The notes under the pieces: generated by a model | Seen by the model: only the letters and a program-made list of their open reading frames with translations | Told to the model about the DNA's origin: nothing | The model's database searches: none | Position numbers and translations under genes: made by a program | Part shown: positions 1 through 7,682 of the stretch, piece by piece | Numbering within the stretch: the stretch's first letter is position 1 | How the letters are laid out: every line of letters starts with the position of its first letter | Source of the DNA: Planctomycetota bacterium | GTDB taxonomy: Bacteria; Planctomycetota; UBA1135; UBA2386 | DNA length: 64,000 nt | Assembly (NCBI GenBank): GCA_020638655.1 | Contig: JACKIC010000007.1 | Span: 351,849 to 415,848, forward strand | Direction of reading: 5' to 3'

Positions 1-1055
1 TGCTCGCCGCGGTGATGCGCGCGGTCGACCTGCACGCCGACCTGCTGCGCGCGACCATCGCGCACGCCGGCAACGACCATCGCCTCGGCGCCAACGAGGC
101 GCCGCCGGCGATCCTGTCGATCTACCTCGGTGAGCAGCTCACCGACGTCGTCGAGGCGCTGATCGCGGGCACCGGCCGCGGCAGCGAGCGCCGCAAGGAC
201 ACCATGCGCCTGGGCGTCAACACGCTGCCGACGCTGCCGCGCGACGCCACGGACCGCAACCGCACCTCGCCGTTCGCGTTCACCGGCAACAAGTTCGAGT
301 TCCGCGCCGTCGGCTCGACGCAGGCGACCGCCAAGCCCAACGCGGTGCTCAACACGATCGTCGCCGACTCGCTCGCCTTCCTCGCCGACGAGATCGAGAA
401 GCGCCAGGGCGGCAAGGGCGTCGAGGCGGCGATCACCGAGGTCGTCACCGAGGTGTTCAAGCAGCACCAGCGCATCGTGTTCAACGGCAACGGCTACTCG
501 GCCGAGTGGCACCAGGAGGCCGAGAAGCGCGGCCTACCCAACTTCCGCAACGCCGTCGACGCGATCGCCAACCTCGGCGCGAAGAAGAACGTCGAGCTGT
601 TCGAGCGCTTCGGTGTGCTCTCGGCCAAGGAGGCCGAGTCGCGCATGAACATCGCCTTCGAGTCCTACTGCAAGGCGATCGCGATCGAGGCCCAGAGCGC
701 CCTGTCGCTGGCCCGCACCATGGTGCTGCCCGCGGCGCAGAAGTCCCTCGTGACCGTCTCGCAGAGCCTCGCCGCCGCCAAGGGCGCCGGCGCCGCGACC
801 AAGGCCCAGGACAAGCGCCTGCTCGAGATGGCCGCGCGCACCGAGTCGCTGGTCGAAGCCATCGACGCGCTCGCCAAGACGTTCGACTCCGTCGAGCAAC
901 ACGGCGCTTCGCCGCACGAACACGCCAAGGCCTATCGCGACCAGGTGGTGCCGCTGCTCGTCAGCGTGCGTGAGCACGCCGACGTGCTCGAGACCATGGT
1001 CGACGACTCGCTGTGGCCGCTGCCGAAGTACCGCGAGATGTTGTTCCTGCAGTGA
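1..1055 (+). CDS. glnN: Glutamine synthetase type III, C-terminal portion (5' end outside window)
   Basis: The frame of ORF 12..1055 stays open to the window edge. Blocks RNRTSPFAFTGNKFEFRAVGS and NGNGYSAEWHQEAEKRGLPN match the GSIII C-terminal half as I recall it. Confidence 0.8.
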   Translation, partial: LAAVMRAVDLHADLLRATIAHAGNDHRLGANEAPPAILSIYLGEQLTDVVEALIAGTGRGSERRKDTMRLGVNTLPTLPRDATDRNRTSPFAFTGNKFEFRAVGSTQATAKPNAVLNTIVADSLAFLADEIEKRQGGKGVEAAITEVVTEVFKQHQRIVFNGNGYSAEWHQEAEKRGLPNFRNAVDAIANLGAKKNVELFERFGVLSAKEAESRMNIAFESYCKAIAIEAQSALSLARTMVLPAAQKSLVTVSQSLAAAKGAGAATKAQDKRLLEMAARTESLVEAIDALAKTFDSVEQHGASPHEHAKAYRDQVVPLLVSVREHADVLETMVDDSLWPLPKYREMLFLQ

Positions 1056-1128
1056 TCTGGGCAGGCGGAGCCTGCCCAGATGCCCGCAGGAACAAGTGTC
1101 GTCGCCGCGGCTCGGCGTAGCCTGCCGC
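1046..1128. repeat. Intergenic direct repeat, copy 1 (about 83 bp)
   Basis: cctgcagtgatc...cagatgcccgcagg.acaag.gtcgt.gc.gcggctcggcgt.gcctgccgc recurs 177 bp downstream, roughly 85 percent identical by eye. Confidence 0.75.
1055..1081 (+). terminator. Perfect 11-bp stem, 5-nt loop hairpin starting in the glnN stop codon (no U-tract)
   Basis: atctgggcagg-cggag-cctgcccagat read directly. It sits at the 3' end of glnN in a gap between convergent genes. Confidence 0.4.
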
Positions 1129-1145
1129 TGGCGAAACACGCAACA

Positions 1146-1404
1146 GGCGCCGGCACGCCGCGGCGGGTGGGCGTTCGCGCGGTCGGCGAATGGAGGCAAT
1201 TGGCGCCCGTCCGGAACGCGAGCCTGCAGTGATCTTGGCGGACTCAGCCCACCCAGATGCCCGCAGGTACAAGCGTCGTTGCTGCGGCTCGGCGTTGCCT
1301 GCCGCGGTCGAAGCAGAAGCAGCAGCAGCCCCCGATCTGGCGGGCGCCAACGCCTTTCCTGCGCCAGCGTAGCCAACGCCCACCCGCCGGCGCGTGCCGG
1401 CGCC
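1146..1404. repeat. About 30-bp inverted-repeat arms (1146..1175 and 1375..1404) flanking repeat copy 2
   Basis: ggcgccggcacgccgcggcgggtgggcgtt versus aacgcccacccgccggcgcgtgccggcgcc, a near-perfect reverse complement. A second inverted pair lies at about 1186..1208 and 1400..1422. Confidence 0.6.
1223..1305. repeat. Intergenic direct repeat, copy 2 (hairpin part degraded)
   Basis: Same 83-bp element as 1046..1128. The 11-bp hairpin arms are mutated in this copy. Confidence 0.75.
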
Positions 1405-1477
1405 CGTTGCCCCAATTCGCCAACCGCCGCAACGCCGAGCGCCGGCGACAATCGCCGCTGTTACAGATGCAAGCGCG

Positions 1478-2701
1478 CTACGCGCGCTGCAGCTGCAACA
1501 GCGGCATCACGATCGCGATCACGATGCCGGCGACGATCACGGCCAGCAGCACGATGATCAGCGGTTCGATGACGCTGGTGAGCTTCTGCGTGGCGAGGTC
1601 GACCTCTTCGTCGTAGGTCGCGCCGACGCGTTCGAGCATCTCCTCGAGGTTGCCGGCCTGTTCGCCGACGCCGACCATGTAGGAGACGGTGGGGGGGAAG
1701 ACGCCGCTCATCTTCATCGGTGTGGACAGGTCGGTGCCCTCGATGACGCGGTCGTGCACGTCCTGCAGGGCGTTCTGCAGGACCTTGTTGTCGAGCACGC
1801 TCTTGGTCACCTGCAGCGCCTGCAGCGCGGGCACGCCCGAACGCAGCAGGGTCGCCAGCGTGACCGTGAAGCGCGCCATCGACTGCTTGCGCATCAGGTC
1901 GCCGAACACGGGCAGTCGCAGCTTGAAGCGGTCCCAGAGCAGGCTGCCCTTCTCGCTGTGGATGAAGGTCTGGAACGCGATCGTCGCCAGCAGCGCGCCG
2001 ACCAGCACCAGCAGCCAGTAGTTGACGAGGAAGTCCGAGACGGTGATCAGGATCGCCGTGGGCAGCGGCAGCTCCTGGCCGCGGCCCTTGATCAGCTGGG
2101 TGACGCGCGGCACCACGAAGACCATCAGCACGGCGACGACGATGACGCCGACGACCATCATGATCAGCGGGTAGATCAGCGCCGCGCCGACCTTGTTCTT
2201 GAGGCGGGTGGTGGCCTGCAGGAAGCCCGCGAGGCGCACCAGCACCTGGTCGAGCGCGCCCGACGACTCGCCGGCCTTGACCATGTTGGAGTACAGGTCG
2301 GTGAAGTAGGCCGGGTGCTGCAGCACGGCGTCGCCGAACGGCATGCCCTGCGTGACCTTCTCGCGGATGTCGCGGTAGACGCTCTCGATCTTCTTGTCGG
2401 GCGCCTGCTCGATCACCATGCGCAGGGCCTCGGCCAGCGGGATGCCGGCCTGCAGCAGCGACGCCATCTGGCGCGTCACCGCGGCGATCTGCTCGGTGCG
2501 CACCTTGTTGGGCGTCTCGACGCCGGTGACGCCGCGGATGCGCACGGCGCGATCCTTCTTGCCCTTCGCCTCCTTGATGTCGGTGACGAACAGTCGGTCC
2601 TTCTTCAGCTTCTGGCGCGCGTCCCGGGTCGTGTCGGCATCGATGATGCCCTTCTTGACCTTGTTGGCGCCGTCGATCGCTTTGTATTCGAAGATGGGCA
2701 C
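1478..2701 (-). CDS. gspF: Type II secretion system inner-membrane platform protein GspF
   Basis: 407 aa. The N-terminus MPIFEYKAIDGANKVKKGIIDA, the two-repeat T2SSF architecture and hydrophobic segments are typical of GspF/PilC. It follows gspE. Confidence 0.9.
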   Translation of the reverse strand: MPIFEYKAIDGANKVKKGIIDADTTRDARQKLKKDRLFVTDIKEAKGKKDRAVRIRGVTGVETPNKVRTEQIAAVTRQMASLLQAGIPLAEALRMVIEQAPDKKIESVYRDIREKVTQGMPFGDAVLQHPAYFTDLYSNMVKAGESSGALDQVLVRLAGFLQATTRLKNKVGAALIYPLIMMVVGVIVVAVLMVFVVPRVTQLIKGRGQELPLPTAILITVSDFLVNYWLLVLVGALLATIAFQTFIHSEKGSLLWDRFKLRLPVFGDLMRKQSMARFTVTLATLLRSGVPALQALQVTKSVLDNKVLQNALQDVHDRVIEGTDLSTPMKMSGVFPPTVSYMVGVGEQAGNLEEMLERVGATYDEEVDLATQKLTSVIEPLIIVLLAVIVAGIVIAIVMPLLQLQRA

Positions 2702-2768
2702 GTGTCGTTCGTCGCGGGGGCTTTGCTGGTGGCCAGGATGTGCGCCGGGCGGAGAGTCTAGGGCCTGA

Positions 2769-4490
2769 TCACAGCACGTCGAGTTGCGTCACGCGCAACA
2801 CTTCTTCGGGCGTGGTCAGGCCGGCGAGCAGCTTCTCGACGCCGTCCATGCGCAGGGTGCGCAGGCCGCGCTCGAGCGCGCCGCGCTTGATCTGGCTCGC
2901 GGTCGCCTTGTTGATGATCTGTTCCTGCACCACGGGGTCGACGGGCATCACCTCGTAGATGGCGGTGCGGCCGGCGAAGCCCGAGCGGAAACACTCGTCG
3001 CAGCCGCGGCCGATCATCAGCTTGCCGTCCGGGAACTGGTCCCTGGTCAGCTTGAGGTCCTCGAGGAAGTACATCTGCCGCTGGTCGGGCTCGACGGGCT
3101 CGCGGCAGTTCGGGCAGATCGTGCGCAGGAGGCGCTGCGCGATCACGAGCAGCAGCGACGAGGACACCAGGTAGGGCTCGACGCCGATGTCGATCAGGCG
3201 CGAGATCGTCGACGCCGAGTCGTTGGTGTGCACGGTCGAGAACACCAGGTGGCCCGTGAGCGCGGCGCGGATCGCGATGTCGGCGGTCTCGTTGTCGCGG
3301 ACCTCACCGACCATCATCACGTCGGGGTCCTGGCGCAGGAACGAGCGCAGGCCCGCCGCGAAGGTCAGGCCCTTCTTGGTGTTGACCTGCACCTGGCTGA
3401 TGCCGTCGAGGTTGTATTCGACCGGGTCCTCGATGGTCAGGATGTTGAGCTCGGGTGCGTTGATCTCGTCGAGGCACGCGTAGAGCGTCGTGGTCTTGCC
3501 CGAGCCGGTGGGGCCGGTCACGAAGATCACGCCGTGCGAGTAGTGGATGTAGCGCTGGATCGTGCGGTGCGCGTCCTTGGTCAGGCCGATCTGATCGAGC
3601 GAGTAGACCTTGGTGGTCTTGTCGAGGATGCGGAACACGACGCGCTCGCCGCCGGCGACGGGCACCGTGCTGATGCGCACGTCGACGTCGCCGTCACCGA
3701 CGCGGATCGAGGCGCGGCCGTCCTGCGGCAGGCGGCGCTCGGCGATGTCCATCTTGCCCATCACCTTGACGCGGGAGACGATCGCTTCCTGCGCGCGGCG
3801 CGGGATCGACTCCATGTCGTAGAGCACGCCGTCGATGCGCATGCGCACCTGCAGGCGGTCGGCGTAGGGCTGCAGGTGGATGTCCGAGGCGCGCAGCTTG
3901 AGCGCCTGGAACAGCAGCATGTTCACCAGCTTGATGACCGGCGCCTTGTTGGCATCGAGGAGGTCTTCCGACTCCTGGATGTTCTCGGCGATGCTGACGA
4001 TGTCGGTGTCCTTGACGTCCTGCAGCGCCTCGTCGACGCCATCGGCCTTGTGCCGGTAGGCGCGATTGATCAGGCCGGCGATCTCGCTGCGCGGCGCCAG
4101 CACCGCCTCGACCTCGCGCGACAGCATCGTCGCCAGGTCGTCCATGGGCTGCACGTCGAGCGGGCGGTGGGTGGCCACGCGCAGCACGCTGCCGGTGTCC
4201 TCGACCGCTACCAGCCCGTGGGTGCGTGCGAACTGCACCGGCACGCTCTGGATGAACGCCGACGGCACGCCGGTGCCGTCGAGGCTCGGCCGGAACTCGA
4301 GGCCGAGGAACTCGCCGAAGAAGGCCAGGCACTTGGCCTCGGCCAGCAGGTTCTTGCTGATCAGCAGCTGGTCCAGTTGCTGACCGGTCTCGCGCTCGGT
4401 CTTGAGCACGTCGTCGATCTGCGCCTGGGTGAGGCCCGCCTTGCGCAGCAGGCCCTCGCGGATGCGGTCCTGGAAGATCGTGCCGGTCAT
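2769..4490 (-). CDS. gspE: Type II secretion ATPase GspE
   Basis: Walker [16 protein letters not shown], tetracysteine CPNC...CDEC and a T2SSE N-domain. Start taken at MTGTIFQDRIREGLL (87 codons inside ORF 2769..4751), giving an ATGA overlap with the gspD stop. Confidence 0.92.
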   Translation of the reverse strand: MTGTIFQDRIREGLLRKAGLTQAQIDDVLKTERETGQQLDQLLISKNLLAEAKCLAFFGEFLGLEFRPSLDGTGVPSAFIQSVPVQFARTHGLVAVEDTGSVLRVATHRPLDVQPMDDLATMLSREVEAVLAPRSEIAGLINRAYRHKADGVDEALQDVKDTDIVSIAENIQESEDLLDANKAPVIKLVNMLLFQALKLRASDIHLQPYADRLQVRMRIDGVLYDMESIPRRAQEAIVSRVKVMGKMDIAERRLPQDGRASIRVGDGDVDVRISTVPVAGGERVVFRILDKTTKVYSLDQIGLTKDAHRTIQRYIHYSHGVIFVTGPTGSGKTTTLYACLDEINAPELNILTIEDPVEYNLDGISQVQVNTKKGLTFAAGLRSFLRQDPDVMMVGEVRDNETADIAIRAALTGHLVFSTVHTNDSASTISRLIDIGVEPYLVSSSLLLVIAQRLLRTICPNCREPVEPDQRQMYFLEDLKLTRDQFPDGKLMIGRGCDECFRSGFAGRTAIYEVMPVDPVVQEQIINKATASQIKRGALERGLRTLRMDGVEKLLAGLTTPEEVLRVTQLDVL

Positions 4491-6895
4491 CGCGGGGTCA
4501 CTCCGGCGCCGGGGTCCTTGGGCGCGCTCGGCACACCGGGCTTGGTCGTGTTCTCGACCATCGGGGCGCGGCGGTAGGTCGGCATCTCGTATTCGCCCTG
4601 GGCGTCGAGGTCCTCGATCGTCGTGCCGAGGTCCTCGAGCGTGCGCGCCTGCGAGCCGGCGTTGCCGGTCCACTTGCGGTCGATCAGGCGCAGGCGGCGC
4701 TCGCCGATGTAGTCCTGGGCTTCGAGCTTCTTGTTGAGGCTCAGGTGCCACAGGTCCTGGAAGTCGTCCTCGTCGAGGATCGTCGGCGTGACGAAGAAGT
4801 AGAGGTTGGTCTTGTTGGTCGTCGACTCGCTCTTGCGGAACAGGAAGCCGAGGATCGGCAGGTCCTTGAGGAACGGGATGCCGCCGTCGCTGTAGGACTC
4901 GCTGTCCTCGATCACGCCGCCGAGCACCATGGTCGCGTCCGAGGGCATGGTCACCTGGGTCTTGATCGTGCGGCGCAGGGTGACGCCACCGCCGGTCACC
5001 GACGCGGGGTCGTAGGCGCCCACGAAGCGCGACACCTCGAGGCTGATGTTGAGCCGCAGGTAGTTGTTGGGCGAGATCGTCGGCGAGATCTCGAGCGTGA
5101 TACCCGCGTTGCGCGGCGCGCCGATGCCGCTCGACGTGGTCGCGGTGCCCTGGTTCTGGGTCTGCGTCGGACGCTCTTCCTCGGTCTTGACCACGGCGGT
5201 CTCGTTGTTGTTCACGAGCACGCTGGGCAGCGACAGGATGTTGGCGGTGTCGTTGGTCGACAGCGCGTTGACGAGCACGGGCATGCCGAAGTCACCGCCG
5301 CTGATGATGCCGCCCGTGAGACCCTGCAGCGGGTTGTTGAAGTCGGGCAGGCGCGTGTCGGGCAGCCCGTCGTCGTCGGTGTCCTCGAACACCGACTGGC
5401 CGAAGTGCGTGAAGCCGAAGCCGCGCGTGAAGTCGCCGTTGTTCTTGATGTCGAGCAGGCCGAGCTCGACGCCGAAGCGGTCGAGGTCGCCGGTGGTCAG
5501 CTCGACCAGCGCCGCTTCGATCAGCACCTGCGGCTGACGGCGATCGAGGTTGTCGATCAGCGCGAGGATCTGCTTGTACTTGGTCTGCGCAGCCGAGACG
5601 AGCAGGCTGTTGCTCTCCTTGTGCGCCTGGATGACCGTGCGGCGGGTGCGGCGCGCCTGGGAAGCGCCGGCGCCCTGCCCCTGCTGGGCCTGCTGCTCGG
5701 CCTGGTTGTCCTCCTGCATGAACTGGTTCAGGGTCGTGCGCAGGTCTTCGGCGAGCACGTTCTTGAGCCGGATCACGCTGGCCTGGCCGTCGATCGGCTG
5801 GCCCGGCACGTCGAGGCGCGCGATCAGACCCAGCGCCTCGTCGACCTGGTCGCGCTGGCCGCTGAGCACCAGCGACTTCTGCGTCGAGTTGACGACGACC
5901 TTGAGCTGCGGCTGGCCGCTCGCGGCGGCGCCGCCGCCCTGGGCCGCGCCCTGCTCCTGCAGCACCTGCTGGCGGATGCGGCTGCGGCTCTCGAGCACCT
6001 CGGTGAGGATCGGTTCGAGCTCTTCGGGGGCGGCGTGTTCGAGCGTGACCACCTCGACGACGAGGTTGGGCTGCTCGACCGGCACGTCGACGAGCTTGAG
6101 CAGTTCGGACGCGGCGTAGACCTGCGGACCGTAACCCTGCAGCAGCATCGCCGAGTTGTTGCCGACGTTGCCGAGCGTCAGGCCGCCGCTGCCCTGCCCG
6201 GCGCCCGTGGCCGCGAAGAACGGCCGCAGCGCGTTGGTCGCGATCGTCGCGTTGATGTTCTTGAGCGGCACCGTCGTCAGGATCGGCACGCCGGTCTGGT
6301 TGCGGTAGCTGGGCAGGTCGTCGGGCGTCACGTAGCGCGAGCCGTTGGTGATCTCGCGCTGCCGCGGGCCGCCGCCGTAGACCACCTCGAGGATCTCGAG
6401 CGGCCCCTCGCCGCGCGGCACGATCGCGAAGCCCTTGATGTAGAGCATCGTCTGGAAGAACGAGAAGAAGTCCTCCTCGAAGCGCGCGCGCTTGAAGCGC
6501 AGCGTGCCGAGGAAGTTGACCTTCTGGCCGGCCTGGCCGCCCTGCAGCAGCTCCTGGTCGTTGTAGGTGAAGACGCGCCCGGTGACCTCCTTGGCCCAGA
6601 TGATGAACTCGGCCAGCTCCATGCCATTGGTCTCGTTCATCGAGATGGCGATGGTGTCGGTCGCCTCGTCGGGCACCATCGTCGGCGTGCGCTTGTTGGG
6701 GTCCTGGGCCCCCTGGCCGCCGTTCTGATCGCCCTGGTTCTGGGTCCCCTGGTTCTGGGCCAGCGCGACGCCTGTCAGCGTCAGCAGCAGGACCAGGCTG
6801 GAGACCGCTCGCCGCAGGGAGGCGATCAGGCCGGGGTGGCGCTCGGGGCGAGCGGGGGTGGCGACGGGGTCGGGACGCTGAGCGGTTTCGGCCAT
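4487..6895 (-). CDS. gspD: Type II secretion secretin GspD
   Basis: Signal-like LIASLRRAVSSLVLLLTLTGVALAQ, repeated secretin-N modules, and a C-terminal secretin domain (LIEAALVELT...IPFLKDLPILGFLFRKS). Start uncertain: 6895, 6961 or 7042. Codons upstream of 6961 have low third-position GC. Confidence 0.88.
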   Translation of the reverse strand: MAETAQRPDPVATPARPERHPGLIASLRRAVSSLVLLLTLTGVALAQNQGTQNQGDQNGGQGAQDPNKRTPTMVPDEATDTIAISMNETNGMELAEFIIWAKEVTGRVFTYNDQELLQGGQAGQKVNFLGTLRFKRARFEEDFFSFFQTMLYIKGFAIVPRGEGPLEILEVVYGGGPRQREITNGSRYVTPDDLPSYRNQTGVPILTTVPLKNINATIATNALRPFFAATGAGQGSGGLTLGNVGNNSAMLLQGYGPQVYAASELLKLVDVPVEQPNLVVEVVTLEHAAPEELEPILTEVLESRSRIRQQVLQEQGAAQGGGAAASGQPQLKVVVNSTQKSLVLSGQRDQVDEALGLIARLDVPGQPIDGQASVIRLKNVLAEDLRTTLNQFMQEDNQAEQQAQQGQGAGASQARRTRRTVIQAHKESNSLLVSAAQTKYKQILALIDNLDRRQPQVLIEAALVELTTGDLDRFGVELGLLDIKNNGDFTRGFGFTHFGQSVFEDTDDDGLPDTRLPDFNNPLQGLTGGIISGGDFGMPVLVNALSTNDTANILSLPSVLVNNNETAVVKTEEERPTQTQNQGTATTSSGIGAPRNAGITLEISPTISPNNYLRLNISLEVSRFVGAYDPASVTGGGVTLRRTIKTQVTMPSDATMVLGGVIEDSESYSDGGIPFLKDLPILGFLFRKSESTTNKTNLYFFVTPTILDEDDFQDLWHLSLNKKLEAQDYIGERRLRLIDRKWTGNAGSQARTLEDLGTTIEDLDAQGEYEMPTYRRAPMVENTTKPGVPSAPKDPGAGVTPR

Positions 6896-7097
6896 CTTCA
6901 CTGGAACGCGCGGGATGTCCGCTGCGGAGGAACCAATGTCGGCCTCCGACCACGGGGGCATGGTTTTTATTTCCGGTCGATGGAGCAAGGAAGTCGGAAG
7001 TCCTGGTTTCCGAGTTTCCGATTGCACCGTTTCGTCACCCAAGCTTCATTCCTTACGCGTCTTGTGAGGTGACTCGCGACACGCGCGCAGGCCCGGC

Positions 7098-7568
7098 ATG
7101 AAGCTCTCCGAACTCATCACCAGGGATCTCGTCGAACTCCCGCTGCAGGCTGCCGACAAGTGGCAGGCGCTGTCCGTGTTGGCCCGTGTGCCGGTGCGTG
7201 CCGGGCGCTATCCCGAGTCGCTGGTGCCGGCCGTCGAGCAGGCGCTGGTCGCCCGCGAACGCAGCATGACCACCGGCATGGAGCACGGCATCGCGATCCC
7301 GCACGCCGCGCTCGATGGCATCGACGATCTGGTCGCGGTGTTGGGGCTCAGCCCGCAGGGCATTCCGTTCGAGACCCTTGACGGCGCGCCGGCCCGCATC
7401 GTGATCGGCCTCGTGATCCCGCGCAGCAAGAAGCTCGCCCACATCAAGACGCTCGCCGAGATCGCCAAGCTGCTGTCGCGGGCCGAAGTCCGCGAGCGCC
7501 TGCTGCGCTGCGCCGACGCCGACGAGGTGGTGCAGGCGCTGCAGGAACTGCAGGCGCAGCCTCGCTGA
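7098..7568 (+). CDS. PTS EIIA type-2 domain protein (PtsN/EIIA-Ntr-like)
   Basis: 156 aa. GMEHGIAIPHAALDG holds the phosphorylatable His context of EIIA(Fru/Mtl/Ntr). No other PTS genes lie nearby. Confidence 0.7.
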   Translation: MKLSELITRDLVELPLQAADKWQALSVLARVPVRAGRYPESLVPAVEQALVARERSMTTGMEHGIAIPHAALDGIDDLVAVLGLSPQGIPFETLDGAPARIVIGLVIPRSKKLAHIKTLAEIAKLLSRAEVRERLLRCADADEVVQALQELQAQPR

Positions 7569-7630
7569 GTCTGGCTCGCTGAGTCTGGCTCGCTGAGTCT
7601 GGCTCACCGAGTCTGGCTCACCGAGTCTGG
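7561..7630. repeat. 14-bp tandem repeat x5 (ctcgctgagtctgg x3, ctcaccgagtctgg x2)
   Basis: Read directly. The first unit contains the TGA stop of the EIIA-like gene. The array ends about 50 bp before the next start codon. Confidence 0.9.
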
Positions 7631-7682
7631 CGGGGGGAGGGCAGCGGACCGCCGCGGGCGGTATCCTCTGCCGCCCGCACCG

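Noticed and set aside
534-1451. 305-aa minus-strand ORF and several others spanning the glnN 3' end and the repeat region
   Set aside because: Its 3' portion is antisense to a well-supported gene and the rest runs through non-coding repeats. The composition is Arg/Ala/Gly/Pro-rich, typical of out-of-frame high-GC translation. The duplicated peptide segments merely mirror the DNA repeat.
2769-4751. N-terminal extensions in the ORF track (gspE +87 aa, clpP +49, tig +34, rsmG +45, gmhB, ndk, PEGA, wecA-like, GT2 and others)
   Set aside because: The track takes the furthest ATG/GTG/TTG. The extensions are R/P-rich and overlap neighbouring genes or promoters. Family-typical N-termini, signal peptides or 4-nt overlaps identify internal starts.
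7561-7630. CRISPR array interpretation of the 14-bp and 12-bp tandem repeats
   Set aside because: The units are contiguous with no spacers and far shorter than CRISPR repeats, and no cas genes are present.
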